Of a stretch of 64,000 nucleotides of DNA, positions 39,153-48,868 are shown one piece after another. Numbering within the stretch: position 1 is the stretch's first letter; each line of letters opens with the position of its first letter. The translations under genes were made by a program, and so were the position numbers. The DNA comes from an uncultured Gammaproteobacteria bacterium (GTDB lineage Bacteria; Patescibacteriota; Patescibacteriia; Patescibacteriales; UBA12465). The DNA is taken from NCBI GenBank assembly GCA_964483295.1, contig CAZAAD010000003.1, positions 15,417-79,416 of the forward strand. Reading direction: 5' to 3'. The notes under the pieces are model-generated. The model saw only the letters and a list, made by a program, of their open reading frames with translations. It did no database searches and was not told the DNA's origin.

Positions 39153-41069
39153 TTACTTATTTTCTTCAACTTCACCTTCAACAACTTCATCCTTATCGGT
39201 CTTTTCGCCTGAGGTGCCGGCTTCTGTTCCGTCCGCTGCTGCTCCCGCAGCGTCAGCTGGATTAGCGCCGGGCTGTTGATACATCGCAGCGCCAATGCGT
39301 TGAGCAACCGTATTTACTTCTTCTAGCTTACTCTTAATTTCAGCCGCATTATTGCTTTCTTTGGCCTTCTTTAAAGCCTCGTTCTTCTCTTCCAACTCTT
39401 TCTTATCTTCAGGTTTCATCTTATCGCCAGATTCTTTAATCATTTTTTCAATGGTAAAAATAACAGCATCCGCCTGATTTTTAATTTCTACTTCTTCTTT
39501 CTTTTTCTTATCTTCTTCCGCGTGCATTTCCGCTTCTTTCTTCATCTTTTCAATTTCTTCTTTTGATAAACCAGAAGAGGCAGTAATAGTAATTTTCTGC
39601 TGCTTATTAGTCGCCTTATCGGTCGCGGAAACATTTAAAATACCGTTGGCATCCAAATCAAATTTAACTTCAACCTGCGGTACGCCACGTGGCGCCGAAG
39701 GAATCCCGTCTAAAATAAAGCGTCCTAACGTCTTATTGTCAGCCGCCATCGGTCTTTCACCTTGAACAATGTGAATTTCCACACTAGTCTGACCATCAGC
39801 CGCTGTTGAAAAGACTTGAGACTTAGAAGTCGGGATAGTGGTATTTTTTTCAATGAGTGGAGTAGCCACGCCACCAAGCGTTTCAATGCCTAAAGTTAAA
39901 GGAGTGACGTCAAGTAATAAAACATCTTTAACATCTCCCTGTAAAACACCAGCCTGAACAGCTGCTCCCATCGCGACAACTTCGTCCGGGTTAACGCTCA
40001 GATTAGGCTCCTTGCCAAAAAATTCCTTAACTTTCTGGAGAACTAAAGGCATGCGGGTCATACCACCAACCATCAAGACTTCATTAATATCACTCAACTG
40101 AAAACCAGAATCTTTAAGTGCCTGACGGCAAGGCTCAATCGTCTTATCAACTAAATCAGAAACTAATGATTCTAATTTCGCTCGTGATAATTTCATCACT
40201 AAATGTTTCGGGCCATTAGCGTCAGTCGTAATAAATGGCTGATTGATTTCTGTCTCCTGAGCAGTTGATAATTCAATTTTTGCCTTTTCGGCTGATTCTT
40301 TAATGCGCTGCAAAGCGAGAGTATCATTAGATAAATCAATCCCTTGATCACGTTTAAATTCATCAATAATCCAATTAATAATTCTCTGGTCAAAATCTTC
40401 TCCACCAAGATGAGTATCCCCATTAGTTGATTTTACCTCAACAGTGTCAGCTGATATATCAAGCACCGAAACATCAAAAGTTCCGCCGCCTAAATCGTAG
40501 ACGACAATCTTTTGACCATTCTTCTTATCAAAACCATAAGCTAAAGCGGCCGCGGTTGGCTCATTAATAATACGCTTCACTTCTAAACCCGCAATTTGAC
40601 CAGCGTCCTTAGTCGCCTGACGTTGCGAATCATTAAAATAAGCGGGAACAGTAATAATTGCTTCTGTAATTTTCTCTCCCAATTTAGCCTCAGCATCAGC
40701 CTTTAGTTTAGATAAAATCATGGCTGATATTTCTTGCGGTGTATAATCTTTATCACCCATGGTTACCTTTACGCCCTCGCCGGCTTGAACAATCTTATAC
40801 GGCGCGGTTTTTAAATCACGCTGTACCTCTTCCTCGCCAAAATGACGACCGATTAAGCGTTTTACCGCATAAACCGTATTACCTGGATTAATTACCGCTT
40901 GTCTTTTAGCAGAAGCACCAACAATGCGTTCATTATTCTTAGAAATAGCCGCAATTGATGGCGTTGTACGATTCCCTTCAATGTTTTCCACAATCTTAGG
41001 AGCGCCGCCTTCCATGATTGCCATGGCTGAATTGGTTGTTCCTAGATCGATTCCTAAAATCTTTCCCAT
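39153..41069 (-). CDS. dnaK: Chaperone DnaK (Hsp70)
   Basis: [27 protein letters not shown]. Confidence 0.98.
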   Translation of the reverse strand: MGKILGIDLGTTNSAMAIMEGGAPKIVENIEGNRTTPSIAAISKNNERIVGASAKRQAVINPGNTVYAVKRLIGRHFGEEEVQRDLKTAPYKIVQAGEGVKVTMGDKDYTPQEISAMILSKLKADAEAKLGEKITEAIITVPAYFNDSQRQATKDAGQIAGLEVKRIINEPTAAALAYGFDKKNGQKIVVYDLGGGTFDVSVLDISADTVEVKSTNGDTHLGGEDFDQRIINWIIDEFKRDQGIDLSNDTLALQRIKESAEKAKIELSTAQETEINQPFITTDANGPKHLVMKLSRAKLESLVSDLVDKTIEPCRQALKDSGFQLSDINEVLMVGGMTRMPLVLQKVKEFFGKEPNLSVNPDEVVAMGAAVQAGVLQGDVKDVLLLDVTPLTLGIETLGGVATPLIEKNTTIPTSKSQVFSTAADGQTSVEIHIVQGERPMAADNKTLGRFILDGIPSAPRGVPQVEVKFDLDANGILNVSATDKATNKQQKITITASSGLSKEEIEKMKKEAEMHAEEDKKKKEEVEIKNQADAVIFTIEKMIKESGDKMKPEDKKELEEKNEALKKAKESNNAAEIKSKLEEVNTVAQRIGAAMYQQPGANPADAAGAAADGTEAGTSGEKTDKDEVVEGEVEENK

Positions 41070-41078
41070 ATAATATTA

Positions 41079-41507
41079 TTATTTTTTAGTCTGTATCTTA
41101 ATTGATTTTGGCTTTACTTCCGCTGCTTTCGGAATGCTTATTTTCAAGATTCCACCCTCAGTTAAAGCTTCAGCCTGGTCGCCATCAACCTTAGTTGGTA
41201 GGGGAATTGAGCGGTAAAAAGAACCACGACGAATTTCTTTACGATAATAATTCTTATCCTCAACTTCACTCTTCTTCTCGCTCTCACCTTTAATACAAAG
41301 AACGTTATTTTCGATAGAAATATCAACTTTTTCCGGATCAATACCGGCTAGCTGCGTCTCGACGATGATATTGTCTTTATCTTCATACATATCAACGGCG
41401 GGCGTAAAACCAAATTGATTGCCGCGTACGGCTGGTAACATGGATTCCATCATCTTATCCATGTCGTCGAACTCCGAAAAGAATGGGGTCCACTTAATGA
41501 GTGACAT
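41079..41507 (-). CDS. Hsp20/alpha-crystallin small heat-shock protein
   Basis: PAVDMYEDKDNIIVETQLAGIDPEKVDISIENNVLCIKGE...GILKISIPK. The ATG at 41507 (with GAAGAAGG SD) is preferred over the GTG at 41543. Confidence 0.9.
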   Translation of the reverse strand: MSLIKWTPFFSEFDDMDKMMESMLPAVRGNQFGFTPAVDMYEDKDNIIVETQLAGIDPEKVDISIENNVLCIKGESEKKSEVEDKNYYRKEIRRGSFYRSIPLPTKVDGDQAEALTEGGILKISIPKAAEVKPKSIKIQTKK

Positions 41508-41579
41508 AGATTTATACCTTCTTCCGACAAAACTTATAAACACGATAAGTAGATGGCAGAAGAAATAAATTAATTATTT

Positions 41580-42215
41580 TTATTTACTAACAATTACTTT
41601 AGCAGGGCGGATAACGCGACCATTAAGTTTATATCCCGGCATAATTTCTTGTTTAACCACAGTACCTTCACCATCTATTGCTTCCATTGTGTTGTGGTCA
41701 AACTGTTCGCCCACGGTTTTAATTTCCAGAACGCCCCGCGCTTCCAAGACATCCTTAAATTGCTTTAAAACATGAGCTACGCCAACTGCCCAGGGATTTT
41801 TAAGCTCTTCGGAACTAAGGCCTAATAAAGACAGTTTCAAATGATCATATACCGGCAACAAATCTTGCAAGAAATCACTAACCGCATATTTCACAAAATC
41901 CTCTCTATCTTTAGCTGACTGCTTCAACAGGTTTTGGTAATCAGCGAGCGCGCGCAGATATTTATTTTCCCAAGTCTCATCATCTGATTCGCGCAAGAAT
42001 TCAAATCTTGGCCTCTTGCCATCCTTAGTCTCCACCTCTTCGATAAACATTGTTTTCGGCCGAGCCCAGATTTTTTCCGGATGCTTCAGGTCCTGATAAA
42101 CAACCAGCGCTTCCTTATTTTCTGAGTTTAAAACCTCATGTAAAACTTTATATTCCGTTCCTTTATAGTGACGGTAAATTCCTTTTTTAACTGCTTCCAT
42201 AGTTTTATTTATCAA
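41580..42215 (-). CDS. grpE: GrpE nucleotide exchange factor with an N-terminal DUF1653-like domain
   Basis: N-terminal GIYRHYKGTEYKV...ALVVYQDL...IWARPKTMFIEEV matches the DUF1653 pattern. The C-terminal LLPVYDHL...FDHNTMEAI...GYKLNGRVIRPAKVIV is GrpE. Confidence 0.85.
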   Translation of the reverse strand: MINKTMEAVKKGIYRHYKGTEYKVLHEVLNSENKEALVVYQDLKHPEKIWARPKTMFIEEVETKDGKRPRFEFLRESDDETWENKYLRALADYQNLLKQSAKDREDFVKYAVSDFLQDLLPVYDHLKLSLLGLSSEELKNPWAVGVAHVLKQFKDVLEARGVLEIKTVGEQFDHNTMEAIDGEGTVVKQEIMPGYKLNGRVIRPAKVIVSK

Positions 42216-42900
42216 ATTGCTTTTTAATAAATCCGACCAGTGCTAAATTGCGTCCATAGTCCATCCGCATCGGTCCCAAAATTCCAAACACTCCGTGTGA
42301 ATCGGCGTTTCTATATTTAACAAGCACGGTGCTTAAAAAATTTCCAAAAGGATTATCAGCTCCTACCAGTACTTTTTCGCCTTCATTTAAATCTTCAAAA
42401 ATCTCATCGATAATATCTTCCATGCGATCAATAATGCCAGAGACATCGCAAACAGCGTTCGCTTGCTTAAATTCCGGCTGAGCAAAAAGATTAGATAGGC
42501 CAGTGTGATACAAATCATTTTTATGAAAAGCCCAAAACACTGCTCCACCGGCTATTTCTGCGATTGCCTTAGCGGTCTGACGAAAAGCGATTTCATCATG
42601 TCGAAAAAGTCCGGTTAATAATCTCTCCTCCGCTTCTTTTAGGGTCCGAGCTTTTTTATTTTCTTGTAACCCCAAAAGATATAAGCGATAAGCTTCTTCA
42701 GTTGGCACGCGGCCAGCTGAAGTATGCGGTTGATAAATATAACCCTCATCCTCAAGCTCCATCATTTCATTGCGCACCGTGGCCGGGGAAATATCTAATT
42801 TATATTTCTGTACCAAAACACCGGAAGAGACTGGCTGAGCAGTCTTAACATATTCTTTAATTATTGTTTCTAATAAGAAATGCTTGCGTTCTGAAATCAT
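42205..42900 (-). CDS. hrcA: Heat-inducible repressor HrcA (short, 231 aa)
   Basis: IIKEYVKTAQPVSSGVL...SPATVRNEMMELEDEGYI...TSAGRVPT, and C-terminal GILGPMRMDYGRN. Confidence 0.88.
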   Translation of the reverse strand: MISERKHFLLETIIKEYVKTAQPVSSGVLVQKYKLDISPATVRNEMMELEDEGYIYQPHTSAGRVPTEEAYRLYLLGLQENKKARTLKEAEERLLTGLFRHDEIAFRQTAKAIAEIAGGAVFWAFHKNDLYHTGLSNLFAQPEFKQANAVCDVSGIIDRMEDIIDEIFEDLNEGEKVLVGADNPFGNFLSTVLVKYRNADSHGVFGILGPMRMDYGRNLALVGFIKKQFDK

Positions 42901-42936
42901 ATAATTTTATTTCCCACAAAATCATTATAAACAAAA

Positions 42937-42963
42937 TTAGCACTCAAGTCAATAGAGTGCTAA
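42937..42963 (-). promoter_or_regulatory. CIRCE operator (HrcA binding site)
   Basis: TTAGCACTC-N9-GAGTGCTAA is a perfect match to the CIRCE consensus, 37 nt upstream of the hrcA start. Confidence 0.9.
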
Positions 42964-42990
42964 AATATACTATTTTTTATTTAAAAAAAG

Positions 42991-43482
42991 CTAAATTCCT
43001 AATTCTTGGCGATAGTCTAAATTACGCTGATATTGTTCACTACTCAGAAGCTGTGGCGCAGAAAAATTATGCTGATAACGATATGTGATTGAATAATATC
43101 GAAAATAATATTGATTAATAAAAACATCAGAAATTAAATGAATACTACCAGCAAAAGCCAGGGTAACCAGAACTAATTTAACCCGCTGATAGGATTTAAA
43201 AACCCAAGCTAATAGAAGTAAGATCGGCGCATATTCCCAGGCATGAAAATAAAGCCGAATCTGTTCACTAATTAAAAACTGCCGACTCTCAATAAAATAT
43301 TGAAAATTAAAAGTTGGTCCGAAAACTAAAAAATATTCCAGAATGTGATCTAGATCAATTAAAAATCCTCCCAGAATGCCAACGATTATTCCTAGGCGAA
43401 CCTGCTTAAAAAAGCGACCACACAAATAGCCAGTCAAAACGGCTAATAAAAAATGAATCGACAAATGAATATACAAAGGCAT
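42991..43482 (-). CDS. Membrane protein, possibly a DUF457/YdjM-like metal-dependent hydrolase
   Basis: Four or five TM helices, with His/Asp clusters (LIDLDHILEY, FHAWEY, GSIHLISD). Confidence 0.4.
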   Translation of the reverse strand: MPLYIHLSIHFLLAVLTGYLCGRFFKQVRLGIIVGILGGFLIDLDHILEYFLVFGPTFNFQYFIESRQFLISEQIRLYFHAWEYAPILLLLAWVFKSYQRVKLVLVTLAFAGSIHLISDVFINQYYFRYYSITYRYQHNFSAPQLLSSEQYQRNLDYRQELGI

Positions 43483-43484
43483 AA

Positions 43485-45608
43485 TTATTGTTCATTAATA
43501 ACTTCTCCGGTTGTTTCAGTAGGGCGAAAATACCAATTTAAAATATCATAAGCAATCGCCGCGCCAATTGAACTACCCTCGCCACCTTCTTCTACGAGAA
43601 TAGTAATAGATACTTCTGGATTATCATAGGGAGCAAAACCAATAAACCAAGCATGGGTATTCTTTTGGCTAGACCATTGCGCTGTTCCAGTTTTGCCGGC
43701 AGATGTGACTGGCAAGGAATTAAGGAGTCGACCGCTACCAACCGTGATAGTTTGACGCATGCCTTCGCGCACTATTTCCATATTGCCCGGACTAATAAAA
43801 TTTTCCCTAATTACTTTCGGCTCTACGGTTCTTACTGCTTGATTATTACTATCCATTACCTTCGCTACTAAATAAGGTTGGTATAATTTGCCACCATTAG
43901 CGATGGCGGCGGTGTAGTTAGCCACTTGCAGGGGCGTAACAAGCACATCTCCCTGGCCAATGGCAAAATGATAGGTGTCACCAATATACCAGGGCTCATT
44001 CTTGGCCTGCTCCTTCCAGGCGCGCGTTGGCACAAAACCAGCGACTTCGCCACTAATATCAATACCGGTTTTTTCGCCTAAGCCAAATAGTCGAGAATAC
44101 TTAACCAAGCCATCCAGGCCCATGCCCTGGAAATCACCAAAACCACCACCAATATAGTAAAAGAAGGTGTTAACGGAAAAAGCAATGGCGCGCCGTACAT
44201 CAGTTAAGCCGTGTCCACCTGCTCGCCAATCAGGAAAAAACCATTGGCCAATACGTAGTCCGCCATTACTTAAAAAAGTTGTCTTATCGGTAATTACTCC
44301 ATCCTGTAAAGCACCGGCCGCAAAGATTGGTTTAATCGTTGAACCAGAAGGAAATTCGCCACTAATAGCTCGATTAAATAATGGCCGATTAGTATTATTA
44401 ATCAACTCTTCATACTCGCCCTGCTTAATCCCGCGAGCGAAAATATTGTTATCGTACGCCGGCCAGCTAACTAAAGACAGAATTGCACCAGTTCTTGGAT
44501 CCATCACAATAACTGAAGCGCGCTTCGGCTCATCTCCGGATAACTTGTCCTGCAAAATACTCTCTATTTTCTGCTGTAGTTTTAAATCTAGAGATAATTG
44601 TAAATTATAGCCATCTTGGGCCAACGTTTCGCTGACAACTTTTTTCTGACGACCAAGGGCATCAACTTCAATATTTTTTCTGCCCGTTAAACCGCGTAAT
44701 TCTTTTTCCCAAGAATATTCTAAGCCGACCTTGCCGACATAATCAATTAATGAATAACCTACCCGTAAATCCGCCAACTCTTTTTCACTAATTTTGCCGG
44801 TATAACCTAAAATATGTGACAAGCTGGTTGTGGTCGCCACCTCGGAATCATTCTCTCCGGCGACTAAATATTCCCGCCTAATCTTATTAGTTAAAAATAC
44901 GCCCGGCCAATCCGGTAGCTTTAAACTAATTAGCATGGCTGTTTCGTAGTCAATGCCGTCCTGGATAAACAGCGGCTGATATGACTGCAGCGAGCCAATT
45001 TTTACAGCTGATAACAACTCCTTAATCTTATAAAAATAACTGCTATCAGCCACTAGGTCTAATTCGCGGCCATTAAGAGAAATCTGACTAGAGGTAGCTT
45101 GTGATAAAGAGGTGCTCTGCTCTTTTGTCTCTAAAATAGTACTTATCTCTCTAATTAAAGAGTCACGCTCTAATTCGGCTTTAGGTAATTCTATTGGGCG
45201 CAAATAAAGAACAAAATTAGCTTTATTTCTAACTAGCGGTAACAGATTGCGATCATAAACTATTCCCCGCTTCGGTTCAATAATTTCGGCACGTAACCGG
45301 TTATCTTCTGACAATAAATAATAATGTTCGCCTTTAACAACTTGGAGCCAAGCGGTGCGGGCAATTAAAACGGACAGGGCAAGTACGGCGATTAAAACTA
45401 GGTATTTCAACTTAGCGAAGTTAAAACTGCGTGTCACCATGCCCTTGTGACTATTATCGGAAAGAAAAGACTCTTCGGTCCAATCAGAATAATAAACCGA
45501 GTCTTTTAGCTGGCCAAAACGAAAACGCCCTTCTTGGATAGAAAAAGGATTAGACGTTGCCTCCCTTAAGATGTCTAGTAAACGCCCCTGGCGACTATGT
45601 TTTGACAT
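43485..45608 (-). CDS. mrdA: Penicillin-binding protein 2 (class B transpeptidase)
   Basis: N-terminal TM anchor, SGSTIKP (SxxK), and a KTGTA motif. Confidence 0.88.
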   Translation of the reverse strand: MSKHSRQGRLLDILREATSNPFSIQEGRFRFGQLKDSVYYSDWTEESFLSDNSHKGMVTRSFNFAKLKYLVLIAVLALSVLIARTAWLQVVKGEHYYLLSEDNRLRAEIIEPKRGIVYDRNLLPLVRNKANFVLYLRPIELPKAELERDSLIREISTILETKEQSTSLSQATSSQISLNGRELDLVADSSYFYKIKELLSAVKIGSLQSYQPLFIQDGIDYETAMLISLKLPDWPGVFLTNKIRREYLVAGENDSEVATTTSLSHILGYTGKISEKELADLRVGYSLIDYVGKVGLEYSWEKELRGLTGRKNIEVDALGRQKKVVSETLAQDGYNLQLSLDLKLQQKIESILQDKLSGDEPKRASVIVMDPRTGAILSLVSWPAYDNNIFARGIKQGEYEELINNTNRPLFNRAISGEFPSGSTIKPIFAAGALQDGVITDKTTFLSNGGLRIGQWFFPDWRAGGHGLTDVRRAIAFSVNTFFYYIGGGFGDFQGMGLDGLVKYSRLFGLGEKTGIDISGEVAGFVPTRAWKEQAKNEPWYIGDTYHFAIGQGDVLVTPLQVANYTAAIANGGKLYQPYLVAKVMDSNNQAVRTVEPKVIRENFISPGNMEIVREGMRQTITVGSGRLLNSLPVTSAGKTGTAQWSSQKNTHAWFIGFAPYDNPEVSITILVEEGGEGSSIGAAIAYDILNWYFRPTETTGEVINEQ

Positions 45609-45740
45609 TTTTTCCTATTTATTTGGTTACCTTAAATATTAACGCTTCCGGACGGGAAAGGCAACCTTTAAAAAAGTTTATTTTTTGTTCATGCCTTTTA
45701 TTCTATAATAAAGAAGAGATTTAAATTAGCCTAAAAATAT

Positions 45741-46412
45741 ATGAGACTACTAATCATAGAAGACGACGTAGAAATTGCTAAATCTTTGGTTTCTTTTTTA
45801 AAAGCTAAAAATGTCGTTACAGACTTAGCTGATGATGGCGAACACGGCTTAAGACTTGCTTTAACTAACCAGTACGCCGCTATTTTATTGGATTACAATC
45901 TGCCTAAATTAAGCGGCCGGGAAATTATTGAAAAAATACGACAGGAAAATAATATGACGCCAATAATTATGATTACTGTCCGTTCGGAGCTAAACGATAA
46001 GATAAGTCTTCTTGATGCCGGGGCCGATGATTATTTAATAAAACCATTTTCAATCTGTGAGCTTTGGTCCAGAATTAAGGCAGTCACCAGAAGACCGGCG
46101 GAAATTAAATCTAGCTGTTTAAAAATAAAAAACATTGAGTTATATCCGGATAAATTTATCGTTAAAAAGAATAATCACTCCATTAAGCTGCGCGCTAAAG
46201 AATTTGCCCTACTTACTTATCTTTTAGAAAACCGAGGCAGCTTTGTTTCTCGTCAAGATATCATGGAACACGTCTGGGATGCTAACGCTAACCCTTTCTC
46301 TAATACTATTGAGGTTCATATTATGAAACTAAGAAAAAAATTAGAAAACAGCCGAGAAAAATTTATTTTTACCCTCTCTAATCGCGGCTATAAAATTGAT
46401 GAGCGAGAATAA
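45741..46412 (+). CDS. OmpR/PhoB-family response regulator
   Basis: Receiver domain (LLIIEDD, LLDYNLP, K in IKPF) plus a winged-helix C-terminus. Confidence 0.92.
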   Translation: MRLLIIEDDVEIAKSLVSFLKAKNVVTDLADDGEHGLRLALTNQYAAILLDYNLPKLSGREIIEKIRQENNMTPIIMITVRSELNDKISLLDAGADDYLIKPFSICELWSRIKAVTRRPAEIKSSCLKIKNIELYPDKFIVKKNNHSIKLRAKEFALLTYLLENRGSFVSRQDIMEHVWDANANPFSNTIEVHIMKLRKKLENSREKFIFTLSNRGYKIDERE

Positions 46413-46565
46413 AAAATATTAACCACTAATTAATTAACCATATCGTATGAAAAAGAAATCTAAAAAACCAAACCGAGGAACACAAACCCTCGCCCGCCTA
46501 GCGCCACTAGCGCTAATTATGTCCCAATTGTTAAACCCTGGGACTCCTTGGCGCGACTAAACGAA

Positions 46566-46602
46566 TTAGGCATCTCTATTTTAGGGATGCCTAAATTTAT
46601 TT
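46566..46602 (+). terminator. Strong hairpin with U-rich tail between the regulator and kinase genes
   Basis: TTAGGCATCTCT (46566-46577) pairs with AGGGATGCCTAA (46583-46594, one G-U pair), followed by ATTTATTT. Confidence 0.6.
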
Positions 46603-46623
46603 CTCAAATGAAATTCTAATTAT

Positions 46624-48021
46624 ATGTCTATCTTAAAAACCGCCTATCACCAAGCGGGGTCTTTTTGGCAATTTTTAGTGAGGCCAAAAAATCTAAATTC
46701 CGACCGTGGACGCCGAGAATTAATCCTTAATATTTTATTATTGCTCTCTATCATTGTTTTTACCCTGTTAAATATTATCCGCTTAATTGATATTATTGGC
46801 AACGAAAAAGATAGAGGGCTGCCCATCATTTATACCTTAGCAATTTTGCTATTTTTTATTTTTTTAAGATGGTTATCTCATCGTGGCTGGTCACGCTTAG
46901 CATCTTGGTTTCTCATCGGCACCTATTCTATTCCTATGCTTTATTGTTTTATTAACTGGGGCGCTGATTTGCCGGCCGCCTTATTGCTAGGAGTTTTAAT
47001 AATCGCTTTTTTAGGAGTCCTAATCAGTGCTGCTGCCGCTCTTTGGGGTTCTTTAGTTCTAAATACATTTTTAATTTACTTAACCCATCTTCACAGCACT
47101 GGCGCTATAACAGCTATTAACTATTGGCGTTTAGAAAAACATGAGATAGGCGATGCTATAACTTACGCCCTCCTGTTTTTAATCATTACTTCTTTAGTTT
47201 TTATTTTTGAACGAGAAATCAGACTATCTTTAAGGCGCGCTGAAACGAGTGAAAGAGCCCTGCTGGCCGAAAGAGATGCTCTTGAAGAAAGAGTTATTGA
47301 AAGAACAAAAGTTATTCGGGAAATGGAAGCAGAAAAAATTAGCCAACTATACCGCCTAGCTGAATTCGGTCGCATCTCCTCGGGGATATTCCATGATTTA
47401 ATAAATCCCCTGACGGCTGTTTCTCTTAATTTAGAACAAATCAGCAATACTGAAAACAAAATTACTAATGCCAAAGATTCTCTTTCTCAAGCCATCGCCG
47501 CTTCGCGCAAAATGGAAGACTTAATAGCTTGCATCAAACGCTCAATTCGTAAAGAAAATCGTCAAGAAATTTTTTCCCTCAACGAAGAAATTAATACCGT
47601 AATTAAAATTCTATCTTATAAAGCCAGGCAGGCCAACGTGCAAGTTATTTTTCAAGAAACCAATCAAATTAATTACTTTGGTGATCCGGCCAAATTTGGA
47701 CAAGTAATTGCTAATCTTATTTCTAATAGCATTGAGGCGAGTACTGATTTAACTGATATAAACAATAAACTAGTTCATATTAATCTAAGTAAAGAAAGCA
47801 ATATTTTTAAAATTTCTGTCCAAGATAATGGCGTTGGCATTCCTACAGAAAACACCCAGAAAATCTTTGAACCGTTTTTTAGCACTAAACCAGGTTGTGG
47901 CTTCGGCATTGGTCTGTCTTCGGCAAAAAGTATTATTGAGAAAGATTTTACTGGAAAACTAGAGGTTCAAAGCCAAATTAATAATGGCACAATTTTCACT
48001 ATCAGTCTCCCTATAAAATAA
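46624..48021 (+). CDS. Sensor histidine kinase with multi-TM sensor region
   Basis: Five or six N-terminal TM helices, H-box SSGIFHDLINPL, and an HATPase_c domain with N, G1 (DNGVGI) and G2 (GFGIGL) boxes. Confidence 0.9.
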   Translation: MSILKTAYHQAGSFWQFLVRPKNLNSDRGRRELILNILLLLSIIVFTLLNIIRLIDIIGNEKDRGLPIIYTLAILLFFIFLRWLSHRGWSRLASWFLIGTYSIPMLYCFINWGADLPAALLLGVLIIAFLGVLISAAAALWGSLVLNTFLIYLTHLHSTGAITAINYWRLEKHEIGDAITYALLFLIITSLVFIFEREIRLSLRRAETSERALLAERDALEERVIERTKVIREMEAEKISQLYRLAEFGRISSGIFHDLINPLTAVSLNLEQISNTENKITNAKDSLSQAIAASRKMEDLIACIKRSIRKENRQEIFSLNEEINTVIKILSYKARQANVQVIFQETNQINYFGDPAKFGQVIANLISNSIEASTDLTDINNKLVHINLSKESNIFKISVQDNGVGIPTENTQKIFEPFFSTKPGCGFGIGLSSAKSIIEKDFTGKLEVQSQINNGTIFTISLPIK

Positions 48022-48026
48022 AAACT

Positions 48027-48839
48027 ATGAAACGTTCGCCCGCCTATAACTGGCCAGACTGGTTAGTTCATTCTCTAGTTGATAAAAAAATATCTCCACA
48101 AGATATAAAAAAATTTAAAAGCGCTCAAGAAAATTTATGGAAAGCCTTAAATATTTATGACGACTTTCTTGATGGCGAAGGTCAGCCGGTTAAGTTGCCG
48201 GAAGCTAACCGTTGTTATCGAAATTTTTTAAAAACTATCTATATATCTAGCCCTTCTTCCTCTCTACAAAGAATAGGCGATAAAATTCTTAATGATTTAG
48301 ATTTAGCCAATCAACAAGAAATATTACATCATAAAATAATTTGGAAAAATGGCATTCCCTGCTTACCAAAAAATATTACCAATCTATCACCATTAACAAA
48401 CTTATCTAAAAAATCTCTAGCCCTAGCCCTGGCTCCGATAGCGGCGGTACTGGCTTATAAAAAAGTAGACGAAACTAAACTAATTAATTTCTTCCGGTAC
48501 GCTCTTGCCGCTAAACAACTATCAGATGACGCTAAGGATTGGCTCGAAGATTTGCGCTCAGGGAAGCTAACAATCGTCACTAACCGCGTCGTCCAAGAAG
48601 GCTTAAACAGAAAAATTAAAAAAGACCTATACCAAAAAACAGAGATTTTGCACCTGTTATTTGCCTACGGTGCCGCTGTTCCCACCTGCCTAGATATTAT
48701 AAATTTATGCCAACAAGCTAGAATTGAGGCAAAAAAATTAAAAATAAGTGATAAAGCGCCAATACTCACAAGGCTGTTAAAACTATTGGAAAAAGCCGCG
48801 AAAAAAGCTTTGCGTTTTGAACAGCTTTTGTCCTCATAA
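48027..48839 (+). CDS. Hypothetical helical protein with two Asp-rich DDxxD motifs (isoprenoid-synthase-like?)
   Basis: DDFLD (residues 45-49, nt 48159-48173) and DDAKD (residues 167-171, nt 48525-48539) lie about 120 residues apart. The gene starts 5 nt after the kinase stop. Confidence 0.35.
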   Translation: MKRSPAYNWPDWLVHSLVDKKISPQDIKKFKSAQENLWKALNIYDDFLDGEGQPVKLPEANRCYRNFLKTIYISSPSSSLQRIGDKILNDLDLANQQEILHHKIIWKNGIPCLPKNITNLSPLTNLSKKSLALALAPIAAVLAYKKVDETKLINFFRYALAAKQLSDDAKDWLEDLRSGKLTIVTNRVVQEGLNRKIKKDLYQKTEILHLLFAYGAAVPTCLDIINLCQQARIEAKKLKISDKAPILTRLLKLLEKAAKKALRFEQLLSS

Positions 48840-48868
48840 CCACTTGCTGATATAATAAAAATATATCT

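Noticed and set aside
41508-41543. GTG-initiated 12-codon extension of the Hsp20 gene
   Set aside because: The ATG at 41507 is preceded by GAAGAAGG at a suitable distance, and Hsp20 homologs start near MSLIKW. The extension (MFISFVGRRYKS) looks non-coding.
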